Source: Candidatus Eiseniibacteriota bacterium (GTDB taxonomy: Bacteria > Eisenbacteria > RBG-16-71-46). Taken from it: DNA of 64,000 nucleotides. The notes beneath the pieces are model-generated. The model was not told the origin of the DNA. It did no database searches and was given only the letters and a program-made list of their open reading frames with translations. The translations under genes were made by a program, and so were the position numbers. The stretch's first letter is position 1. Each line of letters opens with the position of its first letter. Positions 20,530-29,668 of the stretch are shown here, in pieces. The stretch is from positions 2,528,001-2,592,000 of the forward strand of contig OY970178.1 in NCBI GenBank assembly GCA_963707915.1, in the 5' to 3' direction.

Positions 20530-23121
20530 ATGAACGCACGCTCTTCCGCTTCCCGCGCCGCGCTGCGCGCCTCCGGCATCGTGCTGGCCGCCGCGGCCGT
20601 CCTGCTGGCCGCTGCCTGGATCGCCCTCGCCGCGCTGCTCCCGCACGACCGGGTGCTCGCGCTGGTGCGCGCGCAGTTGACGGGCTCGCTGCGCCGCGAA
20701 GTCCGGCTCGCCGACGTGTCGGTGAGCCTGTGGCCGCCGGTGCGGCTCGCGGCCCGCGGATTCGAGCTGGCGGAACCGGGCGGCTTCGCCCGGGGCGCCG
20801 CGGTGAAGGTGGGTTCGCTCGACCTGGATCTCGACGTGCTCCCGCTGCTCTTCGGGCGGCTGGTGGTGCGCCGGCTCACGCTCGAGCAGCCGACGCTGCA
20901 CCTCGTGCTGCGGGCGGACGGGACCACGAACCTCGACGACCTCGTGGTCGCCGCGCCGCCCGCGGCCGGGCGGAAGGGCGCCGGCGCCCCGCTGGACCTC
21001 GCCGTGCGCTCGTTCGTCGTTCGCGGGGGCGAGCTGCTGCTCGACGACCTGGGTGCCGGGCGCCGGGTCTTCCTCGGCCTCGACACCCGGCTCTCGCTGT
21101 CCGCCGGGGACGGCGGGCGCGTCGCCACCCGGGGGCGGACGAAGCTCTCGAGGGTCGCGATCGGGCCGCTCGCGGCCCGCGGGCCCGCGGAGCTCGGGCA
21201 GTCGCTCGCGAAGCTGACCTGGACCATCGAGCACGCCGGCCGTTTCGACGGCGCCGCCAGGAGGCTCGAGCTCGAACGGCTCGCGCTCGTCTTCGGGCGG
21301 GCCCGGGTCACGCTCGCGGGCACGGTCGCGGATCCGGGCCCGCGGGCCGCGCTCGACCTGCGCGCGAAGGGCGAAGGCCTGGACCTGGGCGACCTCCTGG
21401 GCTACCTGGCCGCGGCCGATGCGCGCGCCCTCAACGGTGTCCGCGGCGGCGGGCGCGTGGCCTTCGACCTGCGCGTCGCCGGGCGCACCGGCCCCGGCGC
21501 GCTCCCCGCGCTCACCGGGATGCTGACCGTCACCGGGGGCTCGTTCCGCTACCCGGGTGCCCCGGCGGGCGTGGACGGGCTCGCCTTCACCGCGCGCTTC
21601 CTGCCCGACCAGGTCCGGGTGGACGACCTGCGCGCGCAGGTCGCCGGACAGCCGTTGCGCGCACAGTTCGCCGTGAGCCGCTTCGCCGACCCCGAGGCGC
21701 GCTTCGCACTCGAGGGCGGACTCGACCTGGCCGCGCTCTCCCAGCTGCTCGCCCCGAAGGACACCCGGCTCGCCGGCCGCGCGGAGCTGAGCGTGCGGGG
21801 CAGCGGGCGTCTCAAGGACCCGGGCGGCATCGCGCTGGACGGCCGCGCCACCCTCGCCAACGCGAGCCTCGAGAGCCCGGCGCTGCCGCGGAAGGCGGAG
21901 GCCATCTCGGCGCTGTTCCAGTTCTCGCCCGGCCGCGCCACGGTGCGCGGCCTCACGGCGCGCGCCGGGAAGTCCTCGTTCAGCCTCGACGCTTCGGTGA
22001 CGCGCCCGCTCGCGCTCCTGGGCAAGCCCGGCAAGGTCGAGCCGGCGGGGCTCACGTTCACGCTCAAGTCGCCCTACCTGGACCTGGCGGAGCTGCTGCC
22101 GCCGGGGCCCGGCGGTCCCATCGCGCTCAACGCCCGTGGGGGAGGCCGGGTGGAAATCGCTCGCCTGCGCAACCAGAAGCTCGACGTCGAGGACGTGGTC
22201 GCGAACGTGGCGGTCGAGCCCGGGGTCGTGGGCGTGCCGTCGTTCGCGCTGCGCGGCTACGGCGGCGCGGTGACCGGCAGCGCGCGCTTCGGCTTCCAGG
22301 ACCCGGCCAGCCCGAGCTTCGCGGTGAAGGGGCGCGCCGACACCGTGCGGGTGGAACGCTTCCTCGAGGCCTGGAGCCCGGCGCGCGGGATCGTGACCGG
22401 CGTGGCCAGCACGAACTTCGACCTCTCGGGAGACGGCGTGCGGCCGGAACAGCTGCAGCGCTCGCTCACCGCACTCGGCCTCGCGCTGGTGGCGGAGGGC
22501 CGCCTGGGTGGACCGGTGATGGACGCCATCGCCCAGGCCACGCGGTCCCCCGCCCTGCGCGACGTGCGCTTCCGCGACCTCCGGCTGCCCTTCCGGGTCG
22601 ATCGCGGCCGCGTGGTCACCGACTCGGTGCGCTTCGGCGGCGGCTCGGGCGAATGGCGGATCTCGGGGCTGGTGGGCTTCGACGGCGCGCTCGACTACGC
22701 GGTGAGCGCCACGCTGCCGCCCGGGATCATGGGGCGCGGCGGGGCGCAGAACGCGCTGGCGGCCGGGCTGCTGGGGGACGAGCACGGCCAGTTGCTGCTC
22801 GACCTGCGCGTGACCGGCACCGCGAAGGCCCCCCGGGTCGCGCTGAACGCGCAGGTCATGCGCGACCGGCTCGCCGGGAAGGCGTCGAACCTGCTGCGCG
22901 AGCAGCGCGCGAGGCTGGGCGAGACGCTGCTGCGATCCAGCGGGCTCGCGCCGCGCGACAGCGGCGCCGCGGACAGCGCGGGCCGGCGCGCCGCGCCGCT
23001 CGACACCAGGGCGCTCGGCCGGGAAGTGCAGAAGCAGGGCGAGGAGCTGTTCCGGGGTCTCTTCGGCGGGAAGAAGCGGCCGGCCCCGGCCGCCGCGCCG
23101 GCGGACACGACGGGAAGGTAG
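20530..23121 (+). CDS. AsmA-family protein
   Basis: N-terminal TM anchor; LDVLPLLFGRLVVRRLTLEQPTLHL...DGTTNLDDL AsmA N-terminus; repeated beta-rich body; C-terminal LRVTGTAKAPRV. Confidence 0.85.
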   Translation: MNARSSASRAALRASGIVLAAAAVLLAAAWIALAALLPHDRVLALVRAQLTGSLRREVRLADVSVSLWPPVRLAARGFELAEPGGFARGAAVKVGSLDLDLDVLPLLFGRLVVRRLTLEQPTLHLVLRADGTTNLDDLVVAAPPAAGRKGAGAPLDLAVRSFVVRGGELLLDDLGAGRRVFLGLDTRLSLSAGDGGRVATRGRTKLSRVAIGPLAARGPAELGQSLAKLTWTIEHAGRFDGAARRLELERLALVFGRARVTLAGTVADPGPRAALDLRAKGEGLDLGDLLGYLAAADARALNGVRGGGRVAFDLRVAGRTGPGALPALTGMLTVTGGSFRYPGAPAGVDGLAFTARFLPDQVRVDDLRAQVAGQPLRAQFAVSRFADPEARFALEGGLDLAALSQLLAPKDTRLAGRAELSVRGSGRLKDPGGIALDGRATLANASLESPALPRKAEAISALFQFSPGRATVRGLTARAGKSSFSLDASVTRPLALLGKPGKVEPAGLTFTLKSPYLDLAELLPPGPGGPIALNARGGGRVEIARLRNQKLDVEDVVANVAVEPGVVGVPSFALRGYGGAVTGSARFGFQDPASPSFAVKGRADTVRVERFLEAWSPARGIVTGVASTNFDLSGDGVRPEQLQRSLTALGLALVAEGRLGGPVMDAIAQATRSPALRDVRFRDLRLPFRVDRGRVVTDSVRFGGGSGEWRISGLVGFDGALDYAVSATLPPGIMGRGGAQNALAAGLLGDEHGQLLLDLRVTGTAKAPRVALNAQVMRDRLAGKASNLLREQRARLGETLLRSSGLAPRDSGAADSAGRRAAPLDTRALGREVQKQGEELFRGLFGGKKRPAPAAAPADTTGR

Positions 23122-23149
23122 CGGGCCGGCCCGTCGCGCCCGCCGGCCC

Positions 23150-25123
23150 TCAGGCCGGCTCGACCGTACGCGCCGGCTCGCCCGCGCGCTCCAGCTCCTC
23201 GATCCAGGACCGCAACAGCTCGGCCGCCGCGAGCGTCGAAGCCGGGTCGCCGAGGGGCTCGGCGCGCGAACCGTCCGCGCTCACCCGCAGCGTCGCCGGC
23301 ACGTGGCCGGCGGCGCGTCCCGCCGCCCGCACCGCGTCGAGCCAGCCGCGGGCGCGGACCTGCGCCTCGGGGCTGCGCCCGTGGACCCTCAGGAAGGCGG
23401 CGACGAAGGCGCCCAGCGACGCGACCGAGACCCGCTCGCTGCCGGGCGCCTCCCGCAGGCCCCAGGGCGTGAGCAGCTCGCGCTCGAGCGTGGCGACCAG
23501 GCGCGCGGCGCGCTCGGGAGGCAGCAGCGCGGGCGGCAGGCTCACCGCCAGCGCCTGCGAGGGCGAGAGGCCGCGCACCACCCCGCCGGGTCCGAGCGCC
23601 TCGTGCAGCCGGTCGTTCTCGTCGTCCCAGAAGGCGTCGCCGAAGAGCTTCTGGTGTTCGTGCGCCCACGCCAGGTAGAAGGCGCCGGTCTCCCGGCGCG
23701 AGAGCAGGCGTGACAGCTGCGCCATCGCCACCATCGCGTGGTACCAGAGCGCGTTCAGGTCCGCGCGCGCCACGCCGTCCACCGCGAGCAGGCCCTCGCC
23801 GTTCACGCGCACGGCGTGGCGCGTGCCCTGCCGCAGCGCCTGCATCACGCCCTCGAGCGCCGGGTAGAGCGTCTCGGCCAGGAAGGCGCTGTCGGCGCTG
23901 CGCCGCGCGTAGAGATCGGCGCCGGCGACCAGCCAGAGCGAGGGCGCCGGGCTGCCGTAGCGCGGGCGTCCGTCCGCGGCGTCGAACGCCTCGGGAGCCA
24001 GGCCCTCGTCGAGGTACTCGACGTAGCCACGCAGGATGTCGCGCGCCAGGTCGAAGCCGCGCAGGCTCACCAGCGCCTGCACCGCCTGCAGCGCGTCGGC
24101 GCCCCGCTCCTCGCCCGGCGGGAGCGTGGCGGCCAGCGTGCGGCGCTGCCCGCGGCGCACGAGCCCGGCGCGCAGCGCGAGCGCCAGCTCCACGGCGACC
24201 CGGTCCTGCTCGTCCACCATCGGCTCGCGCCGCCGGGCCGCCTCGGCGGCCGCGCCGCCGTGCGCGGTGGCCGCCTGCCGCGCGGTGAAGTCGGCGCCCG
24301 CGACCGCCGTGCGCCGCCAGCGGTCGAGCCGCGCACGTTCGTCCAGGTCGAGCTCGGCCACGCAGCCCGCGAGCGTGTGCGGGGGCGGCGTGCCGAGGCG
24401 TCCGGTGGCCGCCAGCGCCTTGAAGAGCGCGTCCTCGGCGGCGAAGACCAGGTGGAACGGGTGACCCGGCGAGAGTTGTCCCTCCGCGTGGCCCGGCACC
24501 AGCGCGTCCTCGCGCGCGCCGCCGGCCTCGTCGCCCGGGTACTCGATGTCCCGCACCCAGACGCGCGCGGGCAGGAACGTGCCGTTGTGCCAGAGCGTGA
24601 GCGTCGGCGCCCACGACGTGAGCTGGATGCGCACGCGCCCGGGGATGCCCTGGACGGCTCCGAGGAGCTTCGTGCCCGGGCGGGGGGGCTGGTCGAGGCC
24701 GCGCGCCACGCAGAGCGGGCTCGCCGCGAGGTGCAGGATGGGGCCCGAGAGGTGGTGGTAGCTGACGACCACCGCGTCGTGCCCCGAGAGCGCGAAGATC
24801 GATTTCTCGAAGACCGTGCCGCCCGCGCTCCAGCGCCAGGTGGGCCACGGGGCGACCCGGAACTCCTCGAGCCGGACCTGGTCCCGCTTCCGGGGGCGCC
24901 GGCCGGCGAGCTCGAAGCTCCCGGCCTCGCCGCTCACGCGCTCGTCGAGCCGGAGCAGGAGCGCGGTCGGCCGCCCGAGCGCGCCGGCCACCAGCAGCGC
25001 CTGCGTGCTGCGCGTCGGCACTCCCGAGGCGCAGCCCGAGCACGAGCCGCCGAGGCCGTTCGCGAACAGCCACTCGGCGGACGGGGTCCGCGGGTCCGCG
25101 GGGACATCCTGTCCGGGACGCAT
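23150..25123 (-). CDS. Amylo-alpha-1,6-glucosidase / glycogen-debranching-like protein, probably catalytically degenerate
   Basis: EWLFANGLGG...TR...LLVA N-terminal domain; LNALWYHA, LLTPWGLR, AELLR. Start 25123 lies 8 nt after TATCTT. Confidence 0.8.
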   Translation of the reverse strand: MRPGQDVPADPRTPSAEWLFANGLGGSCSGCASGVPTRSTQALLVAGALGRPTALLLRLDERVSGEAGSFELAGRRPRKRDQVRLEEFRVAPWPTWRWSAGGTVFEKSIFALSGHDAVVVSYHHLSGPILHLAASPLCVARGLDQPPRPGTKLLGAVQGIPGRVRIQLTSWAPTLTLWHNGTFLPARVWVRDIEYPGDEAGGAREDALVPGHAEGQLSPGHPFHLVFAAEDALFKALAATGRLGTPPPHTLAGCVAELDLDERARLDRWRRTAVAGADFTARQAATAHGGAAAEAARRREPMVDEQDRVAVELALALRAGLVRRGQRRTLAATLPPGEERGADALQAVQALVSLRGFDLARDILRGYVEYLDEGLAPEAFDAADGRPRYGSPAPSLWLVAGADLYARRSADSAFLAETLYPALEGVMQALRQGTRHAVRVNGEGLLAVDGVARADLNALWYHAMVAMAQLSRLLSRRETGAFYLAWAHEHQKLFGDAFWDDENDRLHEALGPGGVVRGLSPSQALAVSLPPALLPPERAARLVATLERELLTPWGLREAPGSERVSVASLGAFVAAFLRVHGRSPEAQVRARGWLDAVRAAGRAAGHVPATLRVSADGSRAEPLGDPASTLAAAELLRSWIEELERAGEPARTVEPA

Positions 25124-25190
25124 GAGGCGCGAAGATAGCGGGTTGTCCCGCGGCGGCAAAGCGGCACGACCCGGGCGGGCCGGCCCCGGG

Positions 25191-26366
25191 CTACAGCACC
25201 GCCGGCCGGCGGATCACGCCGGAGAGCGGCGCGAGGTCCACGCCGCCGAGCCGCTTGACCGTCGTCGCGCGCCGGAGCCACTCGCGCGTCAGCGGGGTGA
25301 CGCGCACCCAGACCGCCGTGCGCTCCCGCTCCCGCGCGCGCTCGAGGATCTCGCCCCAGCGCTGATCGAGCGCCTTCGGCGTCTTCGCCCGCGCCTCCGC
25401 GTCGAGCACGGCATCGGGCTCGTCGTAGATCACGCCCATGTCCGCCGCCAGCGACCGGCACACCGCGCCCGCGGCGGGCTGGGCGTGGATGAACGGCAGG
25501 TGCCGGCGCCTGAGCTCCCGGTAGACGGCGCCCATCAGGGTCATGTCCTGCGTGGCGAGCGAGCCCATGTGGTTCGCGACCCCCACCACCGGGCCCGACC
25601 GGTCCAGCCAGCGGCGCACGGTGCCGGTCGCGCGATCCGGCTTCATCGTGACCAGCAGCGTGCCCGGCCCCGGGTTGAGCTGCGGGTAGTTGACCGGCTC
25701 GAGCGGGATGTGGAGCACCACCTCGCGGCCGCTGGCGTGGGCCGCGCGGAACATCGCGCCGCTCGATTTCGTGTCCGGCGCGAGCGCGACCGCGAACGGC
25801 ACGGGCAGGTCGAAGACGCGCCGCGCCGCGTCCAGGTCGTCGCCGAAGCCGAAGAGCACCAGGGCGAGCCGGGGCGCCGGCCGCTCGGCCGGCGCCTCGG
25901 GGAGCGCGCCGCGCACCAGCAGCAACTCGTGCAGGCCGCGCTTCGGCAGCCCCACGAGCAGCGCCAGCCGCGCCTCGCCGCGCGCGCCCGTGGTCTCGCG
26001 TCCCGCCAGCACGACGCCGCCCAGGTCCTGGACGCGGCGGCTCACCGCGTAGTTCGCCTGGAAGACCGAAGCGTCGGGGCGGAGCCCCACGCGCCAGCGC
26101 ACCGCGTCCGTACCGCCGCGGAAGACGCCTTCGCGCACGCTGTCGGCGGACACGCCCGCGGCGGCCAGGCCGTCACGGATCTCGCGGGCGAAGAGCGCGA
26201 CCACGCGATCGTCGTCGCCGAGCCCCCAGCGGGCCAGCATCACGCGCCCCGGGTCCGAGCGCGCCAGGCGCCAGGCCTCGGCGCCCAGCACGAGCAGCAG
26301 GGCGGAAACGGCGAGCACGACGAGCGTGCGCGGCAGGGCGGATGATCGGCGCTTTCGCTTGGGCAT
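25191..26366 (-). CDS. Divergent polysaccharide deacetylase family protein (YibQ-like)
   Basis: N-terminal TM; EVVLHIPLEP, PGPGTL, GVANHMGS. Confidence 0.85.
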   Translation of the reverse strand: MPKRKRRSSALPRTLVVLAVSALLLVLGAEAWRLARSDPGRVMLARWGLGDDDRVVALFAREIRDGLAAAGVSADSVREGVFRGGTDAVRWRVGLRPDASVFQANYAVSRRVQDLGGVVLAGRETTGARGEARLALLVGLPKRGLHELLLVRGALPEAPAERPAPRLALVLFGFGDDLDAARRVFDLPVPFAVALAPDTKSSGAMFRAAHASGREVVLHIPLEPVNYPQLNPGPGTLLVTMKPDRATGTVRRWLDRSGPVVGVANHMGSLATQDMTLMGAVYRELRRRHLPFIHAQPAAGAVCRSLAADMGVIYDEPDAVLDAEARAKTPKALDQRWGEILERARERERTAVWVRVTPLTREWLRRATTVKRLGGVDLAPLSGVIRRPAVL

Positions 26367-26470
26367 GGGAGGGGTTGACCGGCGCCACGTTAGGGGCGTG
26401 CCACGGGTTCGTCAACGGACGATGAAACGTTGCCCGCCGGAGCGGACGGGCGCCCGTCGGCTCCGCGGAT

Positions 26471-26509
26471 TTACAGTTGTGTGACACCGCCGGGCGGGTC
26501 CGGTGACAC
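26471..26509. promoter_or_regulatory. Helically phased direct repeats, candidate OmpR/PhoB-family binding site
   Basis: TTACA at 26471, TGACA at 26482 (+11) and TGACA at 26504 (+22); GTGACAC is repeated exactly. Confidence 0.5.
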
Positions 26510-26599
26510 GCTGTTCATGCAGTCAGACCCGCCTGCTGGCTGGCCCGGTGTCCCGGGCATGGCCCGTGGCGGACCCGTCGTCCCCGGGAGATCCGCACC

Positions 26600-27154
26600 A
26601 TGAAGGACCGACTCCTCCGCGTCGCCGCACTCGTTCTGTTCGCGGCCGGGGCCTGGACGACGGCCTGGGCCGGCGTGGACCGCTGCTGCCCCCACCGCCC
26701 GGCCCGGGCGGGCATCGTGCGCACCGGGGGCATCATCGGAGCCCCGCGCGGCGCCGACGGGGCCCCGGTGGTCGAGCCCTGCGCCGCCTGCGACGACTGG
26801 GAGCTCTGCGCGCGCGAACTGGAGAACGTCGGCGCCAGCATGCAGGTGATGGCCTTGCGCAACGGCGTCATGCGGGTCTTCACCGCCAGCACGCCCGCCG
26901 GGGTGCGGGTGGTGCAGGCCGCGCTGGGCCTCCACTACGAGCGCATGAGCGCGTTGATCACGGCCGGAGATGCGGTCCGACTCTGCCCCCAGTGCCGGGT
27001 CATGCGGGGGGCGGCCGCGAGCGGGAAGCTGGCGCGGGAGATCATCAAGATCGACGGCGGCTGCATCACGCTGACGACCTCGACCGACCCCGCCATCGTG
27101 GCGAAGATCCACGCCGAGACCGGGATCGCCACCCCGGTCACGCCGAAGCTCTGA
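26600..27154 (+). CDS. Secreted cysteine-rich hypothetical protein (two CxxC motifs)
   Basis: GGGAGA upstream; signal peptide ending AWA; CC, CAAC, CPQC; GC3-rich codons. Confidence 0.75.
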   Translation: MKDRLLRVAALVLFAAGAWTTAWAGVDRCCPHRPARAGIVRTGGIIGAPRGADGAPVVEPCAACDDWELCARELENVGASMQVMALRNGVMRVFTASTPAGVRVVQAALGLHYERMSALITAGDAVRLCPQCRVMRGAAASGKLAREIIKIDGGCITLTTSTDPAIVAKIHAETGIATPVTPKL

Positions 27155-27278
27155 GAACTCCCGGCCCGTCGTGAGGCCAGGCTCGGGGGACCGGACGCGG
27201 GGCTCGATCGCCGGCGCCGGAAACTCCTGCCGCCCCGGACGTTGCCGCGTCGGGGCCCAGGGATTACGCTGCTAGGCC

Positions 27279-28874
27279 ATGGCCGTCCCCTCGCTCCGTA
27301 CCCGCGTGAGCCGGCGCGCGCTCGTCCTCGTCGGTCTCGGGGTGGCGCTCCCCGCCATCCTGCTCGCCGGCCTCGGCATCTACCTGACCTCGCGCATCGC
27401 CCGCGTGGTCGAGGACGAGAGCGCGCGCTACAACAGCTATATCGCGCTGCAGGTGGGCGAGGCCTTCGAGCGCGAGCTGCTCGCCGAGCTGCGGCGCGCC
27501 ATCCCGCTGGCCGAGAACGCGGCCCGCCTGGGCGCCGACTCGGCCACCGTGCTCGAGGCGCTGCGCCTGGGCGGGCGCGAGTTCTCGGCCCCCCACTTCG
27601 TGTCCGAGACCGAGCTGCCGGGCACCACCGGCCTGATCGTCGAGTCCACCGCGTTGCTCTACGCCCGCGGCGAGGGCCCGCGCCGGGTCCGCATGTTCGC
27701 CGGTCTCCTGCTGCCCGGCCCGCAGGGCGAGGTGCGAGGGGCGGGCGGGTGGTGGTTCGAGCCGCGCCGCTTCCTGCTGGCGCACTTCGAGGACGTGGTC
27801 CAGGACCGGCTCCCGGAGAACCCGCGGCTCTACGGCGGCCGGGTCTCCACGCGTCGCCTGAGCGTGTCCCTGCTCGGGCCCTTCGGCGAGGAGCTGCTGC
27901 GCGTGCGCCAGCCGGGCCACGCCCGCAGCGCGCAGGTCGAGCCCCTGGGCGGCCCCTTCGAGAACTACGCCATCCGCGTCGCCCCCGCGCTCGGGGCGCC
28001 GGCGGTCTGGGTCACGCGTTTCTTCGGGCTCATGATCGCCTTCATCGGGTTGATGGGCCTGGCGACCGTGGTGGCGGCGCTGGCCGGGTTGATGTACGCC
28101 TCGCGGCAGCTCGAGCTGGCCCAGCTCAAGACCAGCTTCGTCTCGAACGTGACGCACGAGCTGAAGACCCCGATCGCGCTCATCCGGCTGGCCGCCGAGA
28201 CCCTCGAGCTGCGCCGCTTTTCGACCCCGGAGGAGGGTCAGGCCTTCCTGGGCAGCATCGTGCGCGAGACCGGCCGGCTCCAGCAGCTGGTGGACAACAT
28301 CCTGGACTTCGCCCGGCTGGAGGCCGGCCAGACGGTGTTCCGCTTCGAAGCGGTAGACCTGACCGCGATTGTGAGGGAGACTGTCGAGGACTTCAGGCCG
28401 CGGCTCGATCAGAAGGGGTTCCGGATCGAGTTCGACCTGCCGGAGGGCCTGCCGCCGGTGCGGGGCGACCGCGTCATGCTCCAGCACTGCGTGCTCAACC
28501 TGCTCGACAACGCGCTCAAGTACTCCCGCACGGAGCGCCAGGTGAGCGTGTCGGTCCGGGCGCGCCCCGGCGCGGCGGCGGTCTCGGTGACGGACCACGG
28601 CATCGGCATCGCCCCGGAGGACCAGAAGCGCGTGTTCGAGAAGTTCGTCCGAGTGGAGGCCGGGCTCGTCCACGACGTGAAGGGCGCGGGCCTGGGATTG
28701 TCGCTGGTGCAGCAGATCGTGCGCGCGCACGGCGGGCGCGTGGAGCTCGAAAGCAACCCGGGCGAAGGCAGCACCTTCACGCTGGTGCTGCCCCTCGCGG
28801 ACGGGACCGAGGCCCCCCGCCGGGGTGCCCGGCACGCACGCCCGACGGATCCCGGAAAGGAGACGGCAACATGA
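27279..28874 (+). CDS. Sensor histidine kinase (HisKA/HATPase, two TM)
   Basis: FVSNVTHELKTP, NLLDNALKY, DHGIGI, GAGLGLSLV. Confidence 0.95.
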   Translation: MAVPSLRTRVSRRALVLVGLGVALPAILLAGLGIYLTSRIARVVEDESARYNSYIALQVGEAFERELLAELRRAIPLAENAARLGADSATVLEALRLGGREFSAPHFVSETELPGTTGLIVESTALLYARGEGPRRVRMFAGLLLPGPQGEVRGAGGWWFEPRRFLLAHFEDVVQDRLPENPRLYGGRVSTRRLSVSLLGPFGEELLRVRQPGHARSAQVEPLGGPFENYAIRVAPALGAPAVWVTRFFGLMIAFIGLMGLATVVAALAGLMYASRQLELAQLKTSFVSNVTHELKTPIALIRLAAETLELRRFSTPEEGQAFLGSIVRETGRLQQLVDNILDFARLEAGQTVFRFEAVDLTAIVRETVEDFRPRLDQKGFRIEFDLPEGLPPVRGDRVMLQHCVLNLLDNALKYSRTERQVSVSVRARPGAAAVSVTDHGIGIAPEDQKRVFEKFVRVEAGLVHDVKGAGLGLSLVQQIVRAHGGRVELESNPGEGSTFTLVLPLADGTEAPRRGARHARPTDPGKETAT

Positions 28875-29566
28875 CGAAGAGAGTCCTGATCGTCGAGGAC
28901 GAGGAGGGCCTGCTCGAGGGCCTCGCCCACAACTTCAAGTACGAGGGCTACGAGGTGCTCACGGCGAAGAACGGCCAGGAGGGTCTGCGCACCGCCCTCA
29001 AGCAGAAGCCGGACCTGGTGATCCTCGACATCATGTTGCCGGAGAAGGACGGCTTCACCGTGCTGAAGGAGTTGCGCCAGCGGCACCGCGACATCCCCGT
29101 GCTGGTGATGACCGCGCGCAACTTCGAGGCCGACGTGATCAAGGGCTTCGACCTCGGCGCGGACGACTACGTCACCAAGCCCTTCGGCATCAAGGAGCTG
29201 ATGGCGCGCGCCAAGCGGCTCATGGCGCGCGGGCCGTCGGGCGCCCCGGCCCCCGGGCCGACCGTCTACAAGTTCGGCGACGTCGAGGTGCGCCTCGAGC
29301 CGCGCGAGGTCCACAAGGCCGGCGTGCAGACCGCGATCTCGTTCAAGGAATTCGAGCTGCTCAAGTACCTGATCGAGCACCGCGGCCGCACCGTGTCGCG
29401 CGAGGAGCTGCTCGAGGAGATCTGGGGCGTGGACGAGGAGCTGGGCGTGACGACGCGCACCGTGGACACGCACGTCTCGAACCTGCGCTCCAAGCTCGGC
29501 GCCGGCTTCGCCCAGCCCTTCATCGTGGCGGTGCACAAGGTCGGCTACAAGTTCGTGGAGCCCTGA
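28871..29566 (+). CDS. OmpR/PhoB-family response regulator
   Basis: LIVEDE, ILDIMLP, DDYVTKPF, RTVDTHVSNLRSKL, VGYKF; ATGA overlap with the kinase. Confidence 0.95.
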   Translation: MTKRVLIVEDEEGLLEGLAHNFKYEGYEVLTAKNGQEGLRTALKQKPDLVILDIMLPEKDGFTVLKELRQRHRDIPVLVMTARNFEADVIKGFDLGADDYVTKPFGIKELMARAKRLMARGPSGAPAPGPTVYKFGDVEVRLEPREVHKAGVQTAISFKEFELLKYLIEHRGRTVSREELLEEIWGVDEELGVTTRTVDTHVSNLRSKLGAGFAQPFIVAVHKVGYKFVEP

Positions 29567-29588
29567 CCCGCGCCGCGAACGGTGTTCC

Positions 29589-29624
29589 GCGCGAAGGCCC
29601 GGCCCGGAGGCCGGGCCTTCGCGC
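29589..29624. terminator. Hairpin between convergent genes (candidate bidirectional terminator)
   Basis: GCGCGAAGGCCCGGCC-cgga-GGCCGGGCCTTCGCGC perfect stem; no U-tract. Confidence 0.55.
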
Positions 29625-29668
29625 TCCCCGGACACCGCGACCACTCCCCGGCGGCCGGCGGGCCGTAC

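Noticed and set aside
17673..23678. 2001-aa plus-strand ORF and other very long ORFs (10..1977, 2557..4986, 34583..37447, 49409..54016, 49893..53930)
   Set aside because: Antisense or off-frame shadows of real genes. Stop codons are rare at this GC content, and the translations are low-complexity with no family motifs.
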